64,000 bases of DNA from Candidatus Heimdallarchaeum endolithica (GTDB lineage: Archaea > Asgardarchaeota > Heimdallarchaeia > Heimdallarchaeales > Heimdallarchaeaceae). Of this stretch, positions 40,256 to 50,634 are shown in pieces (within the stretch, counting starts at the first letter, position 1; each line of letters begins with the position of its first letter). The DNA is taken from positions 3,216,843 to 3,280,842 of the forward strand of contig CP084167.1 of NCBI GenBank assembly GCA_021513715.1, written 5' to 3'. The position numbers and the translations under genes were made by a program. The notes beneath the pieces were generated by a model. It had not been told where the DNA came from, ran no database searches, and saw only the letters and a list, made by a program, of their open reading frames with translations.

Positions 40256-41857
40256 TTATAGAAGTTCAATGACTTCAGCTTTTACTAGTTTATCAGAAAG
40301 AACATCAGTTATTTTGACTTTTGCTATTCTTTTAATAATATCACTTTTATATTCAATACTTATTGCAGGTCCGGCATTGATAAAATAACCTATGTAAGTA
40401 TTCTCTCTTTTGAAATCTCTCTCTGAAATAATAACGGTTGCAGTTTTTCCAACCAATTTCTTCTTTTTTTCTCTATTGAATGAAATTATAGTTTGTTTTA
40501 ATTCTTCACGCTTTTTATGTAAGAGATATCTTTCAGGAGGAGAAAAAACTTTCATTTTGGTAAAAGGGCTGTTAGGAAGAGCTAAGTATTTGTAAACTGT
40601 GACTTTATCAGCAACAGACCATAAATGATTTCTTACTACATCGATTGTTTTTTCTAAAGCTAAAACTGTTTCTCCTGGCAAAGAATGAATGAGATAAATT
40701 TGTGGTCTTAAACCTGCCTTTGTTAATAGTTTAGAAGCTTCTATTGCTTTTTTTGGAGAAGAAGGTCTTCCTAATTTTCTACTTAGATCTTCATCAAAAG
40801 TTTCACAACCTATAGATATTGGAGTGTTAGGAAGATATTTACCTAGAATTTCAACTACTTGTTTATTTACTAGGGTGGGTTTGACATTTTCAATAATAAT
40901 AGACCTATTTGGCTTTTCATCTCTTATTTCAGCTAGTTCAGAAAGAAGTTGTTCAATTGCTTGAGTATTAGGCTCAGGAAAGGATGCAGAAACAACACCA
41001 CCATCTTTTCCTCTCATATAATCTAAAAACCCAGGTGCAGAAAGAACTATTCTATTTACTCCTAAATTGAATAATTCTCTAATCTCTTTTACAATTAGCT
41101 CGTGAGGGCGACTAACTGGGGCTCCAAAAGTTGAGGGGACACTGCAAAAGCCACAACCTGGAGGAATATTAGCTGGGCAGTCTACTAGCTCTACTTCTTT
41201 CTCTTCAGAGTCAGAACAAAACCCACAATCAGGACATAGACCTTTTTCCCGCACTAATGTTCCTCGTAGAAAGTTTGAACATCCTCTAACAGTTTCTACA
41301 TAAACTCTAGCAAACCAGTACTCTTCATAGTCTGTAATAGCTCTGGTAGAAGGATAATAATTAAAAATGTAATAGTCTGTTGATCTCTTCTCTTTTAAAA
41401 GATAAAACCTTCCAATTTTTTCTATTACAAACTGTTCTCTGTAATTTTCTACAAAACTTTGTATATTAAATTCAGCTTCTATTAACTTATCAAGAAATAA
41501 TTCACCTTGTCCTTGAACAGCTGCAGTGATTTTTAGCTCGGAGATATGTTTAATATCAGAAGTAATAGGTCCTCCTACAAAAATCTTGGGTTGCATTACT
41601 TCTTCTTTTAGTTTTTTTACTATTTCTCTTATAGCAATTAAGTCTACACTCATTCCACTAACTAAAAAGGCATTAAAAGAAGTTAAGTCATAGTTATGAT
41701 TTTTAGAAAGTAAATCTTCTGCTCTAATTATCTTAGAGTAAATATTTTTGGATTCACAAATGCCTGCAAGTAGTCTTGGTCCTACTCCAATTACATCTCT
41801 TGTAAATTTTCTTTTTCCATCATTTGAAGCAAGAGCATCAATAATTAGAATGTTCAC
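40256..41857 (-). CDS. MiaB-like methylthiotransferase-architecture protein (N-terminal MTTase-like domain, Cys cluster, C-terminal TRAM) with non-canonical Cys spacing
   Basis: C-terminal TRAM-like 'GKTATVIISE...'. Cys motif 'RGCSNF...(17)...CPDCGFC' instead of CxxxCxxC. Confidence 0.45.
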   Translation of the reverse strand: MNILIIDALASNDGKRKFTRDVIGVGPRLLAGICESKNIYSKIIRAEDLLSKNHNYDLTSFNAFLVSGMSVDLIAIREIVKKLKEEVMQPKIFVGGPITSDIKHISELKITAAVQGQGELFLDKLIEAEFNIQSFVENYREQFVIEKIGRFYLLKEKRSTDYYIFNYYPSTRAITDYEEYWFARVYVETVRGCSNFLRGTLVREKGLCPDCGFCSDSEEKEVELVDCPANIPPGCGFCSVPSTFGAPVSRPHELIVKEIRELFNLGVNRIVLSAPGFLDYMRGKDGGVVSASFPEPNTQAIEQLLSELAEIRDEKPNRSIIIENVKPTLVNKQVVEILGKYLPNTPISIGCETFDEDLSRKLGRPSSPKKAIEASKLLTKAGLRPQIYLIHSLPGETVLALEKTIDVVRNHLWSVADKVTVYKYLALPNSPFTKMKVFSPPERYLLHKKREELKQTIISFNREKKKKLVGKTATVIISERDFKRENTYIGYFINAGPAISIEYKSDIIKRIAKVKITDVLSDKLVKAEVIELL

Positions 41858-41990
41858 GATGGAACAATTTTTTCACATCTTAAAAAGATTAGTTTTGTTA
41901 AAGCAATTCAAAAATTAGAATTAAACAGTTTTTAAAATATTCACACTGCTTCTAAAAAATAGAAAAAGAAAAACTATTGTTTAATTGTTG

Positions 41991-43239
41991 TTTTTTTGTA
42001 TATTATAGTACTTCCGCAATAACTTAGACTATCTCACCTCCATACAAACTTGAGCGTAAACACCTCAAGGTGAAATAGAGCGTAACAGGTCTTGAGCGTT
42101 TCAACAAAGGTTTGTTAGACGGGGGAGTGAAAAAAGGAGGGATAACAGAAGAGCGAAAACAAACATATAAAGCGAGGACGAGAAGAGAAAAACAAAGATA
42201 CAAGAACCTGACGGTGGCATTATTGGTAGTTGTAGAAACACTAATGCTCTTGAGAAGACGGTAGGACGTCTCTATACCCCACCGATGACAATAATCGTAG
42301 ATCTGTTGCTCTGAAGAAATATGCCAACTGATACAAACAAACCAGTCTTTCCGCTTTGGGAGCCAATAAGCATGCAACATAACTTCTGTAGTTTCACCTT
42401 GCACACTTTTCATAGTGTAAGGAACAGAAGTTATTTTACCTGTTTTAGGAAAGTTTTCCAGGTATGACCTAATCTTCTTATTTTTCCGCGCTCCAATGAC
42501 GAAAGGAATAGTGTAGGCTTGTAGTAGTTTCACTACTTCAACAGAATAGAAACCTCTATCTGCATACAACACCTTTATGTTCCTGTTTTTAAGACTAAAC
42601 TTGTTGAAGAGCGATTCTAATAGTCCCTCTTTAGAATCAAAAGTTGACACGGGAAATGCACCTAAAGGAAGAGCACCATAAGGTGATTTGACTGTTGAAA
42701 CCGTGATATATCGATAAAACCATTCATTTTTATACTGGTGAATATACTCATCTCTTCTTTTCCCATAATATCGTATGTCCATCGTGTCTACTGCTAGTAT
42801 TAATGGACTCTTTATTTTCTTCTTTCTTTTCAATAGTTCCCCACACTGCTGAAATGAAGAGATGAAAACCTCTGATATGCCGTTTATATCCAATTTGTTC
42901 AAGTGATAACGTATTGTATCTCCGTCTTTAGTCGAAAATTGTTCAGCTGACTGCTCGATAGATGTTTGTTCCACCACTGCTCCCATGACGGTCTTCTTAA
43001 CCTCTTCTTTTGTTTCTCCTCTTTTCCTCTGTCCTTTGTGTGGAAAATCCATCTTTCTTATCCAGTGACAAACTTTTATACTTGTTTTCCTATCTTCTCT
43101 TGTGGGTTGAAAGCGTTTTTCTAAAAAACTTTTGACCGATTTTAATAAGCTGAAGTTAGAATTGTTCATATTATTATTGTCGGGCTTTCAACCCATAACT
43201 TTTACGATAATTCGGAAGTACTAATATTAACAAAAAAAT
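41991..43239 (-). mobile_element. IS4-family insertion sequence with imperfect terminal inverted repeats of about 33 bp
   Basis: Left end 'tttttttgtatattatagtacttccgcaataac' (41991-42023). Right end reverse complement 'tttttttgttaatattagtacttccgaattatc' (43207-43239). Encloses a DDE transposase. Confidence 0.65.
42024..43169 (-). CDS. IS4-family DDE transposase
   Basis: 'YADRGF' (DDE D2 region) and C-terminal 'HRWGIETSYRLLK' (the YREK signature of DDE_Tnp_1). Confidence 0.75.
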   Translation of the reverse strand: MNNSNFSLLKSVKSFLEKRFQPTREDRKTSIKVCHWIRKMDFPHKGQRKRGETKEEVKKTVMGAVVEQTSIEQSAEQFSTKDGDTIRYHLNKLDINGISEVFISSFQQCGELLKRKKKIKSPLILAVDTMDIRYYGKRRDEYIHQYKNEWFYRYITVSTVKSPYGALPLGAFPVSTFDSKEGLLESLFNKFSLKNRNIKVLYADRGFYSVEVVKLLQAYTIPFVIGARKNKKIRSYLENFPKTGKITSVPYTMKSVQGETTEVMLHAYWLPKRKDWFVCISWHISSEQQIYDYCHRWGIETSYRLLKSISVSTTTNNATVRFLYLCFSLLVLALYVCFRSSVIPPFFTPPSNKPLLKRSRPVTLYFTLRCLRSSLYGGEIV

Positions 43240-43269
43240 ATAAAAAGGATTGAAAGTAACTTTTTATGA

Positions 43270-43581
43270 ATGGAAGAAGATTTGTGTCCAGTATGTGGTT
43301 TACCTCACGACTTGTGTGTCTGTGAGGGTTTAGCAAAAGAAGTACAGATAATAAGAGTTTATTTAGAAAAAAGACGATATGGCAAGAATTATACTTGTAT
43401 ATCGGGAATTGATCCAAAAGAAGTTGACCTGGGATCTTTAGCGAAAAAACTTAAGACCCAGCTTGCGTGTGGAGGAACGTATAAAGATGGAAGAATTGAG
43501 TTGCAAGGAGATCACAGATTTAAGATAAAAGATTTGCTTGTAAATGCAGGTTTTCCCGCTGAAAATATAGAAGTACAATAA
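43270..43581 (+). CDS. translation initiation factor aSUI1 (eIF1 homolog)
   Basis: N-terminal Zn knuckle 'CPVCGLPHDLCVC', SUI1 core 'KNYTCISG...LACGGT'. Confidence 0.85.
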   Translation: MEEDLCPVCGLPHDLCVCEGLAKEVQIIRVYLEKRRYGKNYTCISGIDPKEVDLGSLAKKLKTQLACGGTYKDGRIELQGDHRFKIKDLLVNAGFPAENIEVQ

Positions 43582-43763
43582 TAATACAATCTCTTTTTTA
43601 TTTTTATTTTTGTTTTACTGCTCTTTCAGTACAGTTCTTAAAAACAAACAATAGAAGGAAAATATATGTATAAATTTGAACCAAAATAGTGCAAGTTTAA
43701 TTTTAAGAAAGCTCTATACTCATATTTTTAAATTGAATAGTATTACTTTTTTTTAGTCATAAA

Positions 43764-44024
43764 GTGTTTTCTATGAAGAAGAAAAAGAAAGAAAAAAAAG
43801 AAAAGTCAATAAGAGATAGAGTAGAAGTTTGCCCTATCTGTTTCTCAATAGTGAAAAGATCTCCACAAATCTTTGATGTTAATAGCACCTTTCACTGTAC
43901 TAATAGTGATTGTGGTTGGAGTGGTTCTTTTGCTGTTGAAGTGGATATTGATGATTATAAGCAGTTTCTTGTAGATAAACAAAAAAATAATGGTGCTAAT
44001 AAAAATAGTAGAGATGAACCATAA
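43764..44024 (+). CDS. small zinc-ribbon protein
   Basis: 'CPICFS...HCTNSDCGW'. Confidence 0.4.
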   Translation: MFSMKKKKKEKKEKSIRDRVEVCPICFSIVKRSPQIFDVNSTFHCTNSDCGWSGSFAVEVDIDDYKQFLVDKQKNNGANKNSRDEP

Positions 44025-44066
44025 ATTTATTTGATACTTTAGTATAAAAAGAACAGAGAGATAAAA

Positions 44067-44903
44067 ATGGACATTGCAATTGTTACTGATACAAGTAGAG
44101 CATTACCTCCTAATCTTTACAAATTATATAACATCTACCCTCTAGGTTACTATTTAGAGGATTACAAAGGTAAAATTTTTGAAGAAAGAGTTAGTGCCCA
44201 AGAAGTTCAAACAGAAAAACTTCTTACAATTGCTGAAAAAGATAAAAATGCTCAGTTTTATTCTCCAACTGTAAAAGACTTTGTTGAATTATATACTTTC
44301 TTAGAAGAAGAATTTGATCATATAATTAGTTTTCACTCCTCATTGTTTACTCCAATAGTTTTTGAAAATGCAATATTAGCAAAAAAAGTGGTCTCTGATA
44401 TAACTGTTGATATCTTGGATACTTATTCTTTTGAATCATCTTCTGGATTAATTCTAAATCAGTTAGCTAAAAAAATCCAAGATGCAGAGTCAATTAATGA
44501 AATAAGAAAAGAAAGTTTTTCTCTTCATGCTAGAACACATAGTCAATTATTAACAAAAAATGATCAATTAAATAAAATAGGATTAAGGAGAGTCACATTT
44601 CTTTCAAATATAAAATCAGCTTTTGTTCCTTGGAATCTTTATCTGTTTAAGCAAAGTAACTGGGATTTAGCTAAAAACTCTCGTTCAATGAAGTCTCTTC
44701 AATCTGAAATGGAAACAAGACTAATCTCTCTGGAAAAATCAAAAGATCTGAAATTCTGCTATTATTCATCCTCAAAGAAGTTAAACAAAGAAGTAGAGGG
44801 ACTTTTAGAAAAGTTAGATAATCTATATGTTGAAAAAACACCTCAATCTTTAGTTTCTTATTTTCTAACTTCAGAATACTCAATGAATATTTCAGTTCTT
44901 TAA
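44067..44903 (+). CDS. divergent DegV-like protein
   Basis: 'IAIVTDTSRALP' start and 'IISFHSS' in place of the DegV 'I.HLSS' motif. Confidence 0.5.
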   Translation: MDIAIVTDTSRALPPNLYKLYNIYPLGYYLEDYKGKIFEERVSAQEVQTEKLLTIAEKDKNAQFYSPTVKDFVELYTFLEEEFDHIISFHSSLFTPIVFENAILAKKVVSDITVDILDTYSFESSSGLILNQLAKKIQDAESINEIRKESFSLHARTHSQLLTKNDQLNKIGLRRVTFLSNIKSAFVPWNLYLFKQSNWDLAKNSRSMKSLQSEMETRLISLEKSKDLKFCYYSSSKKLNKEVEGLLEKLDNLYVEKTPQSLVSYFLTSEYSMNISVL

Positions 44904-45697
44904 CTATTTTCTTTAATTATCCTTATTCCATAAAAATTTGCAACATTTTCTGTTGTAATATCTGCTAGTTTTTTTGTATCTATTCCCTTTAACATTGCTG
45001 CTTTTTTTGCTGATATAGAAATGGCAGCAGGTTCATTTTTTTCTCCTTTTTTTAAACTATGATATGGACTATCAGTTTCAAACATTAGTTGTCTTTCAGG
45101 GATTAGTGATAGAATCTTTTGGAAGTTTTTTCTATAAACCAAACTTGTAGGGACTGTGATGAACCAACCATTATCAACTACTTGTTTAATTTCGTTTTCT
45201 GTTCCTGTAAAACAGTGCATTAAGACGTTTTTTAGATTGTATGACTCGATAATGTCAATTGCATCAGTTTCAGCAGCTCGAGAATGAATTACTATTGGTT
45301 TATTTTTTTCTTCAGCAAGTTCAATAAGACGCTTAAAGAATAATTTTTGTTCTTTTCTTTTTTCTTCTTCTTTCACCCAATAGTAGTCCAACCCTATTTC
45401 GCCAATAGCAACTACAAATTCTAAATTATTTAATAAAAATTCTTCAATTTTTTTGAATTTTTCTTCTTCTACTTCTGTTGGTTGCATTCCTATAGATAAG
45501 TAAACAACTTGATTCTTTGTTAAAGATAATCCAAATTCAAAGTGATTTGGATTTAAGATGCTATTTACAATTATTAATACGTTTTTTGATTTAGCTCGCT
45601 GAATAACTCCGTTTATATCTTTTTTAGAGAAAAAGGGAGGGTAAAGATGACAATGTGCATCTGCAAAGATTAATTCTTGGTCTGACATATGTTTCAC
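44900..45697 (-). CDS. TatD-family metal-dependent hydrolase/DNase
   Basis: 'FADAHCHL' N-terminus, 'IGEIGLDY', 'VIHSRAA' motifs. Confidence 0.8.
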   Translation of the reverse strand: MKHMSDQELIFADAHCHLYPPFFSKKDINGVIQRAKSKNVLIIVNSILNPNHFEFGLSLTKNQVVYLSIGMQPTEVEEEKFKKIEEFLLNNLEFVVAIGEIGLDYYWVKEEEKRKEQKLFFKRLIELAEEKNKPIVIHSRAAETDAIDIIESYNLKNVLMHCFTGTENEIKQVVDNGWFITVPTSLVYRKNFQKILSLIPERQLMFETDSPYHSLKKGEKNEPAAISISAKKAAMLKGIDTKKLADITTENVANFYGIRIIKENS

Positions 45698-46674
45698 TAG
45701 TTACAAATTATATCCTTTAGTTTCTTTAGCATTTTGATTCCTCGAATTTCTTGATTAAAAGCTTCAACAGTAGTTATATCGTGATTAGGAAAAGCTTGTC
45801 TGATATATTCTAAGTTAGCTAAATGCTCTTTTCTCCTATTCATACAGTAAGGACAACTTTTATTTTCTGGGTTTATTTGATTAACAACTATTTCTCTGTT
45901 TGGAATATAATGCTCTTTTAATTCTTCAAATAGACGCTCTGACTCAAAAATAGACATAAGAGTAGGGATTCCTACGATTATAAATTGCGTTTTCTCCTCA
46001 TCCATTAATGTCTCTCTTGCTACAAGTATTTTCTCTTTTAATTTTTCTAAGTTCTCTATTGTTCTGTCTTTTTCTACATTTCCACCAAAAAAAGACTTGA
46101 TCATTGCCATTGTGTTTGAAATGAATGTCTTCATTTTCAGCATTCTACCAATGAATGAGTCTAAAAATTCTGGAATGTTAAGTAGTCTCAGTGTGTGCCC
46201 AGTGGGTGCAGTATCAAGTACAATTGTATCAAATTCTTCATTATCTGCATATTCAAGGATTTTAGCAAAAGAAAGAGCTTCATCCATTCCAGGAGGAGGA
46301 ATCGATTTTATATCTTGATCTATCCCTCTCATCGCTTCCATTCCAGGAATAGACATTAGACTTGAAAATTGTTCAGCATCAAAGGAATCTCCTAGAGCTT
46401 TTGTTAATTCATCTCCTGTAGATTCAGGGTTGATTTCTAAAGCATATAGCTCTCCTTTTACACCTTTTACTTTTGTTACAGTTCCAGAAGAAAAATCTAA
46501 GTCGAAAGAGTCTGAAATACTATGTGCAGGATCAGTTGAAACTAGTAAAGTTTTCTTTCCCTCTTCAGCTAGAGCTATTGAAATTGCAGAAGCTATTGAT
46601 GTTTTTCCTACTCCTCCTTTTCCTCCAACTAAGATGAACTTAAGGTCTTTTTCTAATAAATCCTTGATTGTCAT
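45697..46674 (-). CDS. ArsA/Get3-family ATPase with CxxC motif
   Basis: deviant Walker A 'GGKGGVGKTS'; 'CPYC' near the C-terminal third, as in Get3/TRC40. Confidence 0.8.
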   Translation of the reverse strand: MTIKDLLEKDLKFILVGGKGGVGKTSIASAISIALAEEGKKTLLVSTDPAHSISDSFDLDFSSGTVTKVKGVKGELYALEINPESTGDELTKALGDSFDAEQFSSLMSIPGMEAMRGIDQDIKSIPPPGMDEALSFAKILEYADNEEFDTIVLDTAPTGHTLRLLNIPEFLDSFIGRMLKMKTFISNTMAMIKSFFGGNVEKDRTIENLEKLKEKILVARETLMDEEKTQFIIVGIPTLMSIFESERLFEELKEHYIPNREIVVNQINPENKSCPYCMNRRKEHLANLEYIRQAFPNHDITTVEAFNQEIRGIKMLKKLKDIICN

Positions 46675-46785
46675 TGTTATAGTTAAAAAATTGACTCTTA
46701 TTTAAAGATAAATATTAGTGATTGATAGAACTTTTAATCAAAATGAAAAAATCATAAAAATGAGAATAGACTAAAAAAAACGAAG

Positions 46786-47547
46786 TTATTTTCTGCGTTT
46801 TCTTTTCTTAATTTTTCTTTTTTGTTCTTGTTTAGTCTTTTGTGGTTTTTTGACTAATGGAGAAATCTTTTTTGAACTTCTTCTTCGTTTATGGATTTTT
46901 TGTATAGCGAATAAATCAACAATAATTATAGCTGTAAATACTCCGATTATACCTAGTACAAAGAAGAATAAGTTTAACCATTTTTCTGAATCGATAACTT
47001 CTACGTTTTCAGGTAAAATGACATGTAATGAATATCTTTGAGAGTATGACTTATACATAACACTATTTTCATCATAGTAGTTTATTTCTGTGGCTTCTAA
47101 AGTAAAGTTCCCTTCAACTAGTGGTTGAATATAATAAGTGTAAACAAAGCTAGCATTTATTTCAACTTGAATATACTTCTGTTTTGTCAAATTAAAAGTT
47201 GAAACTGCCCACTCCTCAAAGTTCGGTTCAGTAATGGAAAGATTGTAAGCTGTTCTATTTCCAATATTTGTTATATTTAGATCTATCCTTATCCATTGTA
47301 AAGGTTCAAGTTCAGTAACATTAATGACTTTCTTTATAGCTAAAAGTGGTCTACTAGGTAATGTGTCATTTGTGTCATTTATTGCTAAATATGGTCGGTA
47401 ATAATTTCTTCCTAGTTCCTGTGCTTTTTGAACATTATTATTGTTTATTACAATGTTGGAACCATTAACAAATGAAGAATTTACAGCTAAAACTAACATC
47501 ACAATCAATACAAATCGTAAATACTTTCTTTCGGGCATATGTTTCAT
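46786..47547 (-). CDS. secreted/surface protein with many N-glycosylation sequons, C-terminal TM anchor and polybasic tail
   Basis: signal-like N-terminus, many NxT/S sequons, 'FFFVLGIIGVFTAIIIV' TM, 'KRRRSSKK...KRKRRK' tail. Confidence 0.4.
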   Translation of the reverse strand: MKHMPERKYLRFVLIVMLVLAVNSSFVNGSNIVINNNNVQKAQELGRNYYRPYLAINDTNDTLPSRPLLAIKKVINVTELEPLQWIRIDLNITNIGNRTAYNLSITEPNFEEWAVSTFNLTKQKYIQVEINASFVYTYYIQPLVEGNFTLEATEINYYDENSVMYKSYSQRYSLHVILPENVEVIDSEKWLNLFFFVLGIIGVFTAIIIVDLFAIQKIHKRRRSSKKISPLVKKPQKTKQEQKRKIKKRKRRK

Positions 47548-47744
47548 TATCCTTTTATTGCTTATGGAGCATGAAATAATCTCGTTTAAATATTTTGCTC
47601 TTGGAACTAGAAATAAGGTATGCTTTATTTGTTTTATCCTCTACTTTTTTTCCAATATTGTAGTATCCTAATAATTTTTAGAATCAAAGTATTTTATGAT
47701 AAAAGAACATAGTAACAATTATAAAAAAGTGTATTTGTTTTAAA

Positions 47745-48644
47745 TTGAGAGCAATGACTGTTAAAATTCTATGTGATACTAGTGCTGATTTGAATCAACC
47801 TAATGATCAAACAATTTATGACCAATATAACATTGGCACTTTTCCAATGCATGTTATTTTTGGGACAGATGATTATAGAGAGCTAGTTGATATAAAAACC
47901 TCAGAATTTAGAAAAAAAATCTATGAAACAGAAGTTCATCCTACTACTTCTCAACCGACACAATTTGATATTTTAACACAATTTGAGAATTATGGGAAAG
48001 AATATGATGAAATAATTTCTTTTCATATTTCTTCTAAATTAAGTGGAAGTTATTCTAATGCTAAAATAGCGAAAAGAATGTACGAAAAATCGAACAAAGA
48101 ACATGCTAAAGTCTATTTAGTTGATAGTTTACTTGCAAGTTCTGCTTTTGGAATAGTTGTAGTTAAAGCAGCAAAAATGGCTGAAAAAGGTTTGTCTGGA
48201 CAAGAAATAGTTGATGAAGTAAATAAATGGAAAAAAAATAACATTGTTGTTTATTTTACAGTAGAAAACTTGGAGTGGTTATATCGCGGAGGTAGATTAA
48301 GTAAGACTAAATATTATTTAGGTAGTATGTTAAACAAAAAACCAGTATTAACATTAGTTGATGGAGAAATAGTAAGTGCTAAAACTGTTTCAGGAATAGA
48401 AAAAACTTTTGATACAATAATTGATCTCGCTTTTAGCAGATTTCAAGGAGTAGAGCAAGAAAGATTAATGTTCAACTTAATAGAATTTGACTATAAGGAT
48501 GTAGTTGAAAACGTAATTCAAAAAACCAAAAATAAGTATCCTGATGCAAAAGAAGGAAAAGTGTTTGAAATGGGTGGAACAATTGCATCTCATACTGGTC
48601 CAAAAACTTTAGGATTTATTGTCTCCAAAGATTTTGATTTTTGA
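47745..48644 (+). CDS. DegV-family protein (paralog 1 of tandem triplet)
   Basis: 'KILCDTSADL', 'TSQPT', 'ISFHISSKLSGSY', 'LEWLYRGGRLS'. Confidence 0.8.
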   Translation: MRAMTVKILCDTSADLNQPNDQTIYDQYNIGTFPMHVIFGTDDYRELVDIKTSEFRKKIYETEVHPTTSQPTQFDILTQFENYGKEYDEIISFHISSKLSGSYSNAKIAKRMYEKSNKEHAKVYLVDSLLASSAFGIVVVKAAKMAEKGLSGQEIVDEVNKWKKNNIVVYFTVENLEWLYRGGRLSKTKYYLGSMLNKKPVLTLVDGEIVSAKTVSGIEKTFDTIIDLAFSRFQGVEQERLMFNLIEFDYKDVVENVIQKTKNKYPDAKEGKVFEMGGTIASHTGPKTLGFIVSKDFDF

Positions 48645-48708
48645 TTTTTTTTGATTTTCTTTTTTGGAAAAAGATTTATTCAACACATTTTAAGTTAGTT
48701 TGAAATAG

Positions 48709-49617
48709 ATGACAATAAAGATTTTGTGTGATACATCAGCTGATCTTGTCTTACATCCAAATAAGCCATTGTATGATTCTCTAGATGTTGGAATCCTTCC
48801 TATGAAGGTTTTCTTTGATAAAAATGATACTTTTTTAGAACAAAAAAATATTAGTAATATACAATTTTATGAATTAATAAAACTATCTCAAACTCAACCT
48901 AAAACCTCTCCTCCTGCAGCTGATGATATTTTTAAGGAATTTCAAAGATATGGAAAAGAATATGATGAGCTGATTTCTTTACACATTTCTAAGGATTTAA
49001 GCCATACATATATTAATGCTGTTGAAGCTAAAAAAAGATATTTAAAAACTGAATCAAATCCTGCTAGAATAAATATTATTCATAGTGGTGTAGCCAGTCT
49101 ACCTCTAGGAAAACTAGTGCTCAAAGCAGTTGAACTCAAAAATAAAGGTTATGAAGTTTCAGAGATTATAAAACAGCTATACTCTTGGAAAGAAAATAGT
49201 GTTAAATCTGCTTTTACTGTTAAGGATTTAAACTGGTTATACGAAGGAGGAAGACTAACAAGGTCTCAGAAAACAATAGGTACAATACTAAACAAGAAAC
49301 CGGTGCTCACTTTTGATCATGGAAAAATCAATGTTATAGGTTACTCAACAGGTCTGGAACGAACATTGCGATTTATGGTTAAATATCTTATATCCAAGAT
49401 GGAAGAAGAGAAAATGAATAAACTTACAATGTCTTTTATTACTGCACATAATTTTGGGTTAATAGACGACTTTTCAAGAGTTATAAAAAAAGAATTTCCA
49501 AAAATTAATTTAGGTCCTAAATTTGAGCTAGGTGCAACAATTACTAGTCATACAGGAATGGAAACAATAGGTTTTGTAATTTCTCGTGACTTGAAATTAG
49601 ATACTCTAATAAAATAA
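48709..49617 (+). CDS. DegV-family protein (paralog 2)
   Basis: 'KILCDTSADL', 'KTSPPAADD', 'LNWLYEGGRLT'. Confidence 0.8.
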   Translation: MTIKILCDTSADLVLHPNKPLYDSLDVGILPMKVFFDKNDTFLEQKNISNIQFYELIKLSQTQPKTSPPAADDIFKEFQRYGKEYDELISLHISKDLSHTYINAVEAKKRYLKTESNPARINIIHSGVASLPLGKLVLKAVELKNKGYEVSEIIKQLYSWKENSVKSAFTVKDLNWLYEGGRLTRSQKTIGTILNKKPVLTFDHGKINVIGYSTGLERTLRFMVKYLISKMEEEKMNKLTMSFITAHNFGLIDDFSRVIKKEFPKINLGPKFELGATITSHTGMETIGFVISRDLKLDTLIK

Positions 49618-49737
49618 TCGGTTCTAACTCTATTTATTGTGAATAGAATATATTTAGAATTAGAATTTGCAATTTTTAGGAGCTTTTTTTCTTAAAAAAG
49701 ATTTAAAAAAAAGTGTTTTATTTACAATTGAAAACAA

Positions 49738-50628
49738 ATGACAGTAAAGATAATGACTGATAGTGCAGCAGATATTCCTGAATATTTACTAAAGGAGAAT
49801 GATATATCTACAGTTCCTACAGTAATCAGATTTGGTGATGACGTTTACTATGAAAATAAAGATATAACATTGGAACGATACTATGAACTCTTTCACACTC
49901 ATCCAGTTCCTCCTCAAACAGCTAATCCTACTTTAGCTGATGATTTTGAGTTATACAAAAAACTAGGCGAAGAAGCTGATGAAGTAATAAATATAGTTAT
50001 TTCTAGTGGTATCTCTGGTTCGTTTAACACTTCTAATGCTGCTTTGAAAATGTATGAAAAGAGAGTAAAGGATAGTGCAAAAGTATATGTTTTTGATTCT
50101 CATTTTGCTACAATGGGTATAGGTGTCCAAGCTCTAAAGGCTGCAGAGATGGCTAAAGAGGGGTATAATGCAACAGAAATACTTGCAATGTTAGAAGAGT
50201 ATAGAGAAAAACTAGCTGTTGCTTTTACTGTAGATAATTTAGAGTATCTACACAGAGGAGGTAGATTGTCTAAATCTAAATTCTGGATAGCAAAATTAGC
50301 TGACTTACATCCTGTGATCACTTTTATAGATGGAAAAATGGAAGTAGAAAAAACATCAAGAGGATACGATAATGCAATGGAAAAAGCTTTTGATCTATCT
50401 TGGGAGAAAATAAACAAAGCTAAAAAATTCAATGCTTATATTTGCTACGGAGAAAATAAAGATCATGCTCTCTATATGAGAGATTATATTCAAGATAAAA
50501 TAGATGCTGAATATAATATTGAAATATATCAAGTAGGTGCAACAATAATTACACACACAGGCCCAGAAGTAAGTGGGATATTGCTTGATCCTTACAATGA
50601 AAAGCTCTATAAAGCATCTAATAAATAG
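49738..50628 (+). CDS. DegV-family protein (paralog 3)
   Basis: 'KIMTDSAADIP', 'PQTANPT', 'LEYLHRGGRLS'. Confidence 0.8.
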   Translation: MTVKIMTDSAADIPEYLLKENDISTVPTVIRFGDDVYYENKDITLERYYELFHTHPVPPQTANPTLADDFELYKKLGEEADEVINIVISSGISGSFNTSNAALKMYEKRVKDSAKVYVFDSHFATMGIGVQALKAAEMAKEGYNATEILAMLEEYREKLAVAFTVDNLEYLHRGGRLSKSKFWIAKLADLHPVITFIDGKMEVEKTSRGYDNAMEKAFDLSWEKINKAKKFNAYICYGENKDHALYMRDYIQDKIDAEYNIEIYQVGATIITHTGPEVSGILLDPYNEKLYKASNK

Positions 50629-50634
50629 GATTGT

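Noticed and set aside
42024-42290. GC-richer segment considered as a structured ncRNA
   Set aside because: It translates in-frame as the C-terminal part of the IS4 transposase and sits inside the element's inverted repeats
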